From: an uncultured Clostridia bacterium
GTDB taxonomy: Bacteria > Bacillota > Clostridia > Christensenellales > UBA1242
Length of the DNA: 64,000 nucleotides
Assembly (NCBI GenBank): GCA_947630745.1
Contig: CANRIT010000005.1
Coordinates: 2,403 to 66,402 of the forward strand
Direction of reading: 5' to 3'
The notes under the pieces are model-generated. The model saw only the letters and a program-made list of their open reading frames with translations. It had not been told where the DNA came from and searched no databases. Position numbers and translations under genes: made by a program. Shown here piece by piece: positions 17,960 through 25,488 of this stretch. Within the stretch, counting starts at the first letter, position 1, and every line of letters begins with the position of its first letter.

Positions 17960-18054
17960 ACGGGGGCGGGGCTAGAATGCGCGGAGCGCATTGGGCGGCG
18001 GCACGCCGCCGCCCCGCACAAAACGCGCAGCGTTTTGTGCCTAGCCCCGCCCGT
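17960..18054. repeat. GC-rich four-way-junction palindromic element, copy 2
   Basis: Outer stem gggcggggctag (17964-17975) pairs with ctagccccgccc (18041-18052). It encloses hairpins 17976-17992 (7 bp), 17993-18014 (9 bp) and 18016-18040 (10-11 bp). An extra hairpin gtgtgtgc/gcacacac follows at 18053-18070. Confidence 0.85.
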
Positions 18055-18127
18055 GTGTGCTTGCACACACAAAAGCGCAGTAACCTTTTTTTACAGTGCA
18101 TCATACAAATTTATAGGAGGAAAAAAG

Positions 18128-18793
18128 ATGTCTTTTTACACAGATGCAAGGCCGGGCATTTATCCTGGGCAAACCACCAATGCTATGAATGGCCTATGCG
18201 AAAGAATTTGCATTCAAACCACCAAAGTGTTTGATGCGTGCATGTTACAAGCACAAATTGAGGATTATGCTCTTACACTAACCAATTTCAACCCAGCAGA
18301 TCCCGCCACTCCACTAACCTTTGTAAGTGGAAATTCAACCACCGGTCCAGCAACGGTAACCGGCCTAACCATTACGCGATTTGATGACCGACCAAACTTT
18401 GCGCGCGTGCAAGCAACAATCAACATTCCAGTTGTTGTAACCTACACTGACGCAAACAATGTTGCTGGCACAGCAACTGGCACAATTGCTGTCAATCAAG
18501 ATGTGATTATGTATGTGCCACAGCCATCGCTTACCCCAATTGATGTTATTGCATTTGGCAGCGCGGTAATTTCGCAAGGTACATACAATCCTACTACTGG
18601 CGGCTTTACAATAAGCGCGTGCGTAACCGCAATACTTAAAGTGGTTGCCGTGGTTGATGTGCTTGTGCCAAGTTATGGCTATTGCCCAATTCCGCCATGC
18701 ACTCCTTACACTGGAGAAGAAGCTTGCCCAGGTGTGTTTGAAATGCCACTGTATCCAACCGCAGTCAGCCCACAATCCACCAACGCAAGATAG
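18128..18793 (+). CDS. Hypothetical Thr/Pro/Val-rich, Cys-containing protein (beta-rich; possible structural protein)
   Basis: 221 aa from the ATG at 18128, with AGGAGG (18115-18120) 7 nt upstream. The ORF-track start at 17957 runs through the GC-rich repeat and is unlikely. N-terminal LCERICIQTTKVFDAC; C-terminal YGYCPIPPCTPYTGEEACPG. Visibly more GC-rich than its neighbours. Confidence 0.75.
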   Translation: MSFYTDARPGIYPGQTTNAMNGLCERICIQTTKVFDACMLQAQIEDYALTLTNFNPADPATPLTFVSGNSTTGPATVTGLTITRFDDRPNFARVQATINIPVVVTYTDANNVAGTATGTIAVNQDVIMYVPQPSLTPIDVIAFGSAVISQGTYNPTTGGFTISACVTAILKVVAVVDVLVPSYGYCPIPPCTPYTGEEACPGVFEMPLYPTAVSPQSTNAR

Positions 18794-18794
18794 C

Positions 18795-18823
18795 AAAAAA
18801 ACTCACAAATGTGAGTTTTTTTT
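18795..18823. terminator. Bidirectional rho-independent terminator between the 18128 gene and plsX
   Basis: aaaaaaactcac aaat gtgagttttttt: a 6-7 bp stem flanked by an A-run and a T-run. Confidence 0.8.
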
Positions 18824-18830
18824 ATTCCAT

Positions 18831-19826
18831 TTACAAATTTTCTACTGCGCTGGTAACTTTTTGGATTAGTTGATTTTTTGCAAGTGTGTATGCTTGATTT
18901 ATTGCGGTGGCAATGCTGTCTGCCTTGCTGTTGCCGTGGCATTTAATAACAATTTTGCTCACCCCCAAAAGTGGCGCGCCGCCAATTTTTTTGTGGTCGT
19001 ATTTATTTTTAAGTTTTTTAAGTTTGCCTTTTAAGAAAAGTGCGCCAATTTTTGCTTTGAATGAAGATGATGCAGCTGATTTAATTTCACCAAACAAAAT
19101 TTCCGATGCGCCTTCAATGGATTTTAGGCAGACATTGCCCGAAAAACCATCGCACACCACAACATCAACATTGCCGCGCAACACATCGCGTGCTTCAACA
19201 TTGCCAACAAAATTTAGTTTGGAAGATTTTAAAAGTTTAAATGCTTCCTTAACCGTTTCGCTGCCCTTTTCTTCTTCAACACCAATGTTTAACAAGCCGA
19301 TTTTTGGATTTTTTATGCCCATAGCCTTCATATACTCGCTGCCCATAATGCCAAAATGCAACAAATTTTCTGGCTTGCAATCCGCATTTGCGCCCGAATC
19401 CAACAACATAACCCCGCGGTCGTTAACCGTTGGCAAAATTGGGGCAAGCGCAGGACGAGAAATGTTTTTTATGCGCCCAAGTTTAAGCACCGCGCCCGTT
19501 AAAGTTGCGCCCGTGCTGCCCGCACCCACCATGGCAACCGCATCTTCGTTTTCACGCAAATAATCGTAAGCCACAACTATGCTTGAAGTTTTTTTGGTGC
19601 GGATGGCAACAGTTGGCACTTCGTCCATACTGATAACATCAGGCGCATGAACAATTTCCAACCTATCGCTTACAAACACTAAACTTGACAAAATTTCGGT
19701 TATCTTATCTTTGTCGCCCACCAAAACCAATTTTAGGTCTGGATTTTGTTGCAACGCCTTGGCTGCACCAGCGACAATTTCTTGTGGAGCATAATCCCCA
19801 CCAAACGCATCAACTACGATTTTCAA
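18831..19826 (-). CDS. plsX: Phosphate acyltransferase PlsX (TTG start preferred)
   Basis: Opens MKIVVDAFGGDYAPQEIV when started at the TTG (19824-19826), which has AGGAGG (19833-19838) 6 nt upstream. The track ATG at 19850 lies upstream of this RBS. Confidence 0.92.
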   Translation of the reverse strand: MKIVVDAFGGDYAPQEIVAGAAKALQQNPDLKLVLVGDKDKITEILSSLVFVSDRLEIVHAPDVISMDEVPTVAIRTKKTSSIVVAYDYLRENEDAVAMVGAGSTGATLTGAVLKLGRIKNISRPALAPILPTVNDRGVMLLDSGANADCKPENLLHFGIMGSEYMKAMGIKNPKIGLLNIGVEEEKGSETVKEAFKLLKSSKLNFVGNVEARDVLRGNVDVVVCDGFSGNVCLKSIEGASEILFGEIKSAASSSFKAKIGALFLKGKLKKLKNKYDHKKIGGAPLLGVSKIVIKCHGNSKADSIATAINQAYTLAKNQLIQKVTSAVENL

Positions 19827-19944
19827 AATAATCCTCCTAAATACACACATATTCTACCAAATTTTTCCGCAATTGTAAAATAATTTTAACAAGTTTTGCA
19901 CTAAAAATAAAAGCAAACTGAACTTATACATTTTCATAATTAAT

Positions 19945-19964
19945 AAAAAAAGGGCGGATGCCCT
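19945..19964 (-). terminator. Rho-independent terminator after rpmF
   Basis: agggc (19951-19955) pairs with gccct (19960-19964), loop ggat. T7 follows on the minus strand. Confidence 0.7.
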
Positions 19965-19971
19965 AATTAAA

Positions 19972-20169
19972 TTATTTAGACTCTTTTTTGTCCTTGTCCA
20001 TAACAATAACTTCTTCCCCATCATAGTAACCACAATTTTTGCAAACTTGGTGTGCCACAGTCTTTTCATGACAATGTGGGCAAACAACTAATGTAGGGGC
20101 AGTTGCTTTGTAATTAGCACGGCGTTTGTTGCGTCTTGCATGGGACACTTTCCTTTTAGGAACTGCCAT
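19972..20169 (-). CDS. rpmF: 50S ribosomal protein L32 (zinc-ribbon form)
   Basis: 65 aa. MAVPKRKVSHARRNKRRANY with CPHC...CKNC. Confidence 0.97.
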   Translation of the reverse strand: MAVPKRKVSHARRNKRRANYKATAPTLVVCPHCHEKTVAHQVCKNCGYYDGEEVIVMDKDKKESK

Positions 20170-20224
20170 AATATACCTCCGTTATACTGTTTTGCGCATA
20201 AAGCGCATGACAACATATGGCAAC

Positions 20225-20253
20225 ATTATAGCATAACTAAAATTTGTTGTCAA
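20225..20253 (-). promoter_or_regulatory. Consensus sigma-A promoter of rpmF
   Basis: TTGACA (20248-20253), a 17-nt spacer, then TATAAT (20225-20230) on the minus strand. Confidence 0.7.
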
Positions 20254-20286
20254 CTGGTTTTTAAAAATTGTTAAAAATTTTATAAT

Positions 20287-20889
20287 TTAAACGGAAGCGG
20301 TCTCTGTTTCAAGCTCTTCTACTTGTTTGTTTAGATAAACTTGATAGCCTTCCATCGCCTTTTTAACCTTTCTGTCCATAGAAGAAAGTTTGGATTTTAT
20401 CTGCTTTTGCTCTTCTTCCGAATAAGTAAACAAGCTAGCTTTGGCTTTTATAAAGGTAGAAGCAAATTTTTGTTTTGCTTGAATGTTTTTGCCTTGCTCT
20501 GCAAGCTGATTTTCTATTGAATTTGAGTTGTCAACATTTGCTTGAAGCAAAAATTCAAGCAACTTTTTGTCCTGCAAAATAAGGTCGATGTCGTTTAACA
20601 AATCGTCCACAGTTTGGGTTAACTCTTGCGCTGATTGTGGCTGAGTGTATGCGGCGGTGAGTTGTTCAATTGCCGAATTAATTTGCTGTTTTAATGCAGG
20701 TTTGGTCTTTTTATTTTCGTAACTAAGGCTGTCGCAAACTTTTAAATTGTTGCTTAGTTGCGCAATGTTACTTTTGCAGATGTCTACAAAATTTTCAACC
20801 GTTAAATCGCTGCTGTTTTTAAGCAAATAAGGTTCTACAAGCCATTTTTGTTTGCCCATTAATTCAATATTTGTCAGTTCTTTTTCCAT
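20287..20889 (-). CDS. Hypothetical acidic coiled-coil protein
   Basis: 200 aa. AAGGAG RBS. Gln/Glu/Lys-rich heptad-like sequence. No motif I recognise. Confidence 0.7.
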   Translation of the reverse strand: MEKELTNIELMGKQKWLVEPYLLKNSSDLTVENFVDICKSNIAQLSNNLKVCDSLSYENKKTKPALKQQINSAIEQLTAAYTQPQSAQELTQTVDDLLNDIDLILQDKKLLEFLLQANVDNSNSIENQLAEQGKNIQAKQKFASTFIKAKASLFTYSEEEQKQIKSKLSSMDRKVKKAMEGYQVYLNKQVEELETETASV

Positions 20890-21021
20890 ATTAATCTCCT
20901 TACTTATAATTTAACAAAAAAAATTTAATATGTCAAAGGATTTTTAACATTAAACAAAATTTTTATACGCTTTTGTCGATTTATCCGCGCGGGCAAAAAC
21001 CACAAAATGTGGGCGGCAAAA

Positions 21022-21043
21022 CAAAAAAGCAGGCTTGCTGCTT
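21022..21043 (-). terminator. Probable terminator after RNase J
   Basis: aagcag pairs with ctgctt (6 bp, loop gcttg) and overlaps the stop codon. TTTTTTGTTTT follows on the minus strand. Confidence 0.5.
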
Positions 21044-23018
21044 AGTTGTTGCTTTCTATAATAATTGGAATAATCATAGGTTTGCGTTTTAATTTTTTGT
21101 TTAAATAATTTGTAAGCGCCTTGCGAAGATTGATTTTAAGCGTCTGATAGTCGCGTGCGCGAACAACTGCTGGGTCGATGCTGTTTACAATGGTTGTGCG
21201 GGCGTCTTCAAGCCAGGTTTGCGCCTCACCCATATAGGTAAACCCGCGTGAAACAATTTCTGGGCGGGCGTTAAGTTCACCTTTAAGCGCGTTCACATTA
21301 AGCATAACAATGCACAAGCCGTCTTCACTTAACTGTTTGCGTTCTTTAAGCACGTTGCTTTCCATCTCGCCTATGCCCGCGCCGTCAACAAGTCGGCTGC
21401 CAAAAGGAACGGTGCCGCTTGCTTTTAGTAGGTTTTTGTTAACTTCCACACACATGCCAAGCATAGGCAAAAGAATGTTGTGCCTATCCATGCCAACCGC
21501 CATTGCCGTTTCGCGCTGAGCAAGCAAGTGTTTTTGTTCGCCATGCACTGGGATGAAATATTTTGGGCGGACAAGGTTTAGCATAATCTTCATCTCTTCC
21601 TTGCAAGCGTGACCGGAAGCATGCACTTGTTCAAGCTGGCTGTAAATAACCTTTGAGCCAAGCATAATAAGTTTGTTTATAATGTTGTTTATGCTTTTTT
21701 CGTTGCCCGGGATTGGGCTGCTTGAAAAGATAACCGTGTCGTTATCGCCAATTTCTATCCCTTTAAATTCACCAGATGCAAGCCTATCAAGCGCACTATG
21801 TGGTTCACCTTGGCTGCCCGTGCAAAGCACAAGCAATTCGCCATCTTGATAATTTTTCATTTTGGTGACGTCAATCAAAATTTCCTTATTAATTTTCATC
21901 TCACCAATTTGGCATGCAACATCGGTTACGTTAACCATACTTCTGCCAGCAAGCACCACTTTGCGCTTATATTTTTCTGCTAAATTTATAACCTCTTGCA
22001 CCCTATCCACGTTTGAGGCGAAACTTGCAATAACCATGCGCCTATCTTTGTTTTCAACAAAAAGCCTATCCAAAGTTGCGCCAACCACGCGTTCGCTTAG
22101 CGAATAGCCTTCGCGCTCGGCGTTTGTGCTGTCCGACATATAAAGCAGTACACCTTTTTTGCCCAGTTCGGCAAACGAAAAGAAATCAAACTTTTCATCA
22201 TAAATTGGGGTAAGGTCAATTTTAAAGTCACCCGTGTGAACGACCATACCCACCGGGGTATTTATTGCAAGTGCGTATGCACCCGGAATTGCGTGGTTTA
22301 CATGGATAAATTCCACTTCAAAACAACCAAGTTTAATTTTTTGTTTTGGTTCAACTGCAATGGTTTTGTAATCCACCCGCTTAAACTCTTCCATCTTTTT
22401 TTGGATGAGGCAGCAAGTCATTTTGCTGGCATAAATTGGTGCTTTAATTTCGTTTACAACATATGGGACGCTACCTATATGGTCTTCGTGCCCGTGCGTA
22501 ATTAAAAACCCGCGAATTTTGTCTTGATTTTGTTTTAAATATGTTATGTCTGGCACAACAAGGTCAATGCCCAAAAGGTCGTTGGTTGGAAACATCACCC
22601 CACAATCGATAACCACAATGTCGTTGCCATATTCAAGCACGGTCATATTTTTGCCAATTTCGCCAATTCCGCCCAAAAACATAACCTTTAAATTTTTGCT
22701 TTTGCTTAAATTTGCATCAATTTCCATTTGTGGCGTTTGCTCGTCAAAAATAAATTGCGTGTTGGTTTCTGCCGCTTTTTTTGCTTCTTTTGTGCGAATT
22801 TTGTTTAATTTTTCTGTTTTTGATGATTTTTCTTCCCTTTTAACAAATTTTTCATTGGATTTTGGAGCCACCTTTCTAGCTGGGCTTTGCGCCTGCCTTG
22901 CGGGATTTTTGTGCGAAAAATTTGTTGCCCTATTGATTTTTGTTTTAGGGGTAAAATCCGCATTGTTTTTGATTGAGGAATCAAACTCCTCACTTGAAAT
23001 AAGTTTATCTTCTTGCAT
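21042..23018 (-). CDS. rnj: Ribonuclease J with a ~110-aa Lys-rich N-terminal extension
   Basis: Metallo-beta-lactamase motif LITHGHEDHIGSVPY plus beta-CASP and C-terminal domains. I prefer the ATG at 23016-23018 (MQEDKL) because the track TTG at 23061-23063 abuts, and falls upstream of the predicted transcription start of, a TGaTATAAT -10 element. Confidence 0.9.
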   Translation of the reverse strand: MQEDKLISSEEFDSSIKNNADFTPKTKINRATNFSHKNPARQAQSPARKVAPKSNEKFVKREEKSSKTEKLNKIRTKEAKKAAETNTQFIFDEQTPQMEIDANLSKSKNLKVMFLGGIGEIGKNMTVLEYGNDIVVIDCGVMFPTNDLLGIDLVVPDITYLKQNQDKIRGFLITHGHEDHIGSVPYVVNEIKAPIYASKMTCCLIQKKMEEFKRVDYKTIAVEPKQKIKLGCFEVEFIHVNHAIPGAYALAINTPVGMVVHTGDFKIDLTPIYDEKFDFFSFAELGKKGVLLYMSDSTNAEREGYSLSERVVGATLDRLFVENKDRRMVIASFASNVDRVQEVINLAEKYKRKVVLAGRSMVNVTDVACQIGEMKINKEILIDVTKMKNYQDGELLVLCTGSQGEPHSALDRLASGEFKGIEIGDNDTVIFSSSPIPGNEKSINNIINKLIMLGSKVIYSQLEQVHASGHACKEEMKIMLNLVRPKYFIPVHGEQKHLLAQRETAMAVGMDRHNILLPMLGMCVEVNKNLLKASGTVPFGSRLVDGAGIGEMESNVLKERKQLSEDGLCIVMLNVNALKGELNARPEIVSRGFTYMGEAQTWLEDARTTIVNSIDPAVVRARDYQTLKINLRKALTNYLNKKLKRKPMIIPIIIESNN

Positions 23019-23063
23019 AATTAAAAATAATTCTCCTTTTACTTTAAAAATTAATACAAACAA

Positions 23064-23072
23064 ATTATATCA
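23064..23072 (-). promoter_or_regulatory. Extended -10 element (TGaTATAAT) upstream of rnj
   Basis: Minus strand reads ttgTTGATATAATttg, with TATAAT at 23064-23069. The -35 is poor. Confidence 0.45.
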
Positions 23073-23271
23073 ACAAAAAAGTTAATTACACACATCAACA
23101 AATCGTACAAATTTTGTACGACAAACATATATTAAACTTATATATAAAAAATTGTTAGATACAATTTGTTTTTAAATCTATTTATTTAATTATATCACAA
23201 AATTTAAAAAAGTCAACAACATTTAACTTAATTTTTTAGTTTTTTTTATTTTGTATAAAAATTTTTGTAAG

Positions 23272-23293
23272 AAAAAAGCACAACTAAGTGCTT
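23272..23293 (-). terminator. Terminator of HA-sigma gene 1
   Basis: aagcac pairs with gtgctt (loop aactaa) and overlaps the stop. T-run on the minus strand. Confidence 0.65.
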
Positions 23294-25403
23294 AAATCAT
23301 CCATTCATCTTTTTGAAGATGTTGTTTTAGTTTTTCTAAAATTTTTTGCAAAACTTTTTCCACTTTTTGTGGTGTGGTGTTAAATTTTTCAGCAAGCTGG
23401 TTTGCTGAGTATGCCGTGCCACTTTTGCTAAAGCCAAAATGCAAACAAATTAACTTATATTCATCGCGCGTTAAAATTTGCTTTGCTCGCTTTAACAATT
23501 GCTCATTGAACGCGCTATCTTCAACCAACTCGTCCGGGCGATATCTGTCGTCCGGAATTGTTTCTTCAACTGTGATGTCATCAAAACCTTGGACTTCTTC
23601 TTGCAAACTTGTAATTTGATTTGCTTTGATTATAAAATGCTTGATTTCATAGTTTATGGTTTTGCCAACATATGCTTTTAATTTAGTTTCTATATTTGTG
23701 GTTGTGTTATCTAATGCGGTGTTTAAAGCATCATAGCCCTGGCCAATCAAATCAGACACATTTGAAGAATTTTTATAACTAAACGCTATTTTATGCACCA
23801 GCGGCATATACTTTTGTAAGTAATCATTTCTTGCGGTTAAGTCGCCATTTAGCATGCGCTTTATCATTGGCTCATTTGGCTTGTCTTTATAATAATCTTG
23901 TGTGTTGAAAACAAAATCTAATTCGTTTAATTTTTCCATTTGCGCATCGGTTAATTGAAGTCTGCGATTGCGAATGTTTCTTACAAAAAAACCTAATTCG
24001 TAATTATCAACAACATAATCATACTCAACAAAGCAACTATTAAATTGCTGCTTATATTCAACCAATTTCTTGTAGAATATTTCAAAATCGAATTTTGCAA
24101 GTTTTGCACTAACCTTTACATTCCAATTAAACCCGATTTTATTTAATTTTGCCCTCTGCTCGTCCGACAAAATTATACCACAATCACGAATAGTTCTTAC
24201 TTTTTGACCCAGTTTGTAGCCGTCAGGGCAAACATATGTTTGTTTAACATTAACATCTTTATATTCTTCTTTATATTCTTCCAAATGTCTATAAAATACA
24301 TCAAATTTAAATGTTCCGCCCTCGCGTTTAGAATCCCAATTAAACTCTATTTTATTTAATACTTCTTTTTGCTCGTTTGTCAATTTTGTGCGGCCCAATC
24401 GAATGTTTTTCATTTTTACTCCAAGTATATATCCGTCTGGACAAACATATCTAATTGGAATACGCGCATCGCTATATGTTTTTCTATATTCAATCAAATG
24501 TTTACGAAATTCATTAAAATCAAAAATTTTTGCATTCCATACAAAATCCATTTCATTTAACATTGATTTTTGTTGCTCGGTCAACCTTATTCCGCCTTCG
24601 CGAATGGTCATAATTTTTTGACCCAGTTTGTATCCATCTGGGCAAACATACGCTTGTCTAACATCAATATTTTTATTAACTTTTTTATATTCTTGCAAAT
24701 AATTATAAAATTCATCAAAGTTGAATCTTACAATTGGTTGTACATCCCAAATAAAGCCTAATTCAACCAATTTTGCTTTTTGCTGGTTGGTTAGTTTTAT
24801 CACGCCTTGACGAATTCTTTTAAATTTGTAACCGAGATTATATCCGTCTTTACAAATATATGATGATGCAGCATATCCATTATTGTTGACTTTTATGTAT
24901 TCAAGCAAACGATTATAAAAATCATCAAAATCAAATTTAATATATGGCCTTCCATCATAAGCAAAGCCCAGTTCTTCCAATTTTGCTTTTTGTTGGTTTG
25001 TTAAACTTATTATGCCAATACGAATATTTTTTATTTTTTGACCAAGATTGTATCCGTCCTGACAAATATAGGATATTGAAATATCAACATCTTTGTTAAC
25101 TTTTTTATATTCAAGCAAACGATTATAAAATTCATCAAAATCAAATTTAATAAATGACCTTGAATCACAAACAAGTCCAACTTCTTGCAATTTTGCTTTT
25201 TGCTGTTCGGTTAGTTTTATGCGGCCCGAACGAATGCGCCTTATTTTACCCCCAAGAGTATATCCATTAGGACAGACATATGATGTTGAAATGTTAACAT
25301 TTTTAAACTCATCTTTGTAGTTTTGTAAATAGGAAAGAAACTCTTCAAAAATGAAGGGCTGGCGTATTATGGCTTTTTGAATGAGATTTTCCTTTTCCGA
25401 CAT
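23292..25403 (-). CDS. Sigma-70-family-like protein with 7 N-terminal helicase-associated (HA) domain repeats
   Basis: 703 aa. The last ~202 aa (about nt 23295-23900) contain a region-2-like segment ARNDYLQKYMPLVHKIAFSY...DLIGQGYDALNTALD and a region-4 HTH LTRDEYKLICLHFGF...YSANQLAEKFNTTPQKVEKVLQKILEKLK. Upstream are seven ~67-aa repeats of the form FDFDEFY..L.EYK....Y.C.DGY.LG.K...IR.G...L...Q...L.ELGF.W. Confidence 0.85.
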   Translation of the reverse strand: MSEKENLIQKAIIRQPFIFEEFLSYLQNYKDEFKNVNISTSYVCPNGYTLGGKIRRIRSGRIKLTEQQKAKLQEVGLVCDSRSFIKFDFDEFYNRLLEYKKVNKDVDISISYICQDGYNLGQKIKNIRIGIISLTNQQKAKLEELGFAYDGRPYIKFDFDDFYNRLLEYIKVNNNGYAASSYICKDGYNLGYKFKRIRQGVIKLTNQQKAKLVELGFIWDVQPIVRFNFDEFYNYLQEYKKVNKNIDVRQAYVCPDGYKLGQKIMTIREGGIRLTEQQKSMLNEMDFVWNAKIFDFNEFRKHLIEYRKTYSDARIPIRYVCPDGYILGVKMKNIRLGRTKLTNEQKEVLNKIEFNWDSKREGGTFKFDVFYRHLEEYKEEYKDVNVKQTYVCPDGYKLGQKVRTIRDCGIILSDEQRAKLNKIGFNWNVKVSAKLAKFDFEIFYKKLVEYKQQFNSCFVEYDYVVDNYELGFFVRNIRNRRLQLTDAQMEKLNELDFVFNTQDYYKDKPNEPMIKRMLNGDLTARNDYLQKYMPLVHKIAFSYKNSSNVSDLIGQGYDALNTALDNTTTNIETKLKAYVGKTINYEIKHFIIKANQITSLQEEVQGFDDITVEETIPDDRYRPDELVEDSAFNEQLLKRAKQILTRDEYKLICLHFGFSKSGTAYSANQLAEKFNTTPQKVEKVLQKILEKLKQHLQKDEWMI

Positions 25404-25411
25404 ATATTTTA

Positions 25412-25439
25412 ATTATATCATTAAAATCAAATTTGTCAA
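25412..25439 (-). promoter_or_regulatory. Consensus promoter of HA-sigma gene 1 (leaderless geometry)
   Basis: TTGACA (25434-25439), a 16-nt spacer ending in TGa, then TATAAT (25412-25417). Only 8 nt separate it from the ATG at 25403. No SD. Confidence 0.7.
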
Positions 25440-25465
25440 GTTTAAATCGACATTTTGGTGGAAAG

Positions 25466-25488
25466 AAAAAAGCACAACTAGGTGCTTT
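25466..25488 (-). terminator. Terminator of HA-sigma gene 2
   Basis: aaagcac pairs with gtgcttt (loop aactag). T-run on the minus strand. Confidence 0.65.

Noticed and set aside
17877-18104. ORFs of 75-85 aa, and the long TTG-start version (17957) of the 18128 gene, all running through the GC-rich element
   Set aside because: Their Ala/Arg/Pro/Gly-rich products are what any frame of a GC palindrome produces. They have no RBS. The real gene has AGGAGG 7 nt before the ATG at 18128.
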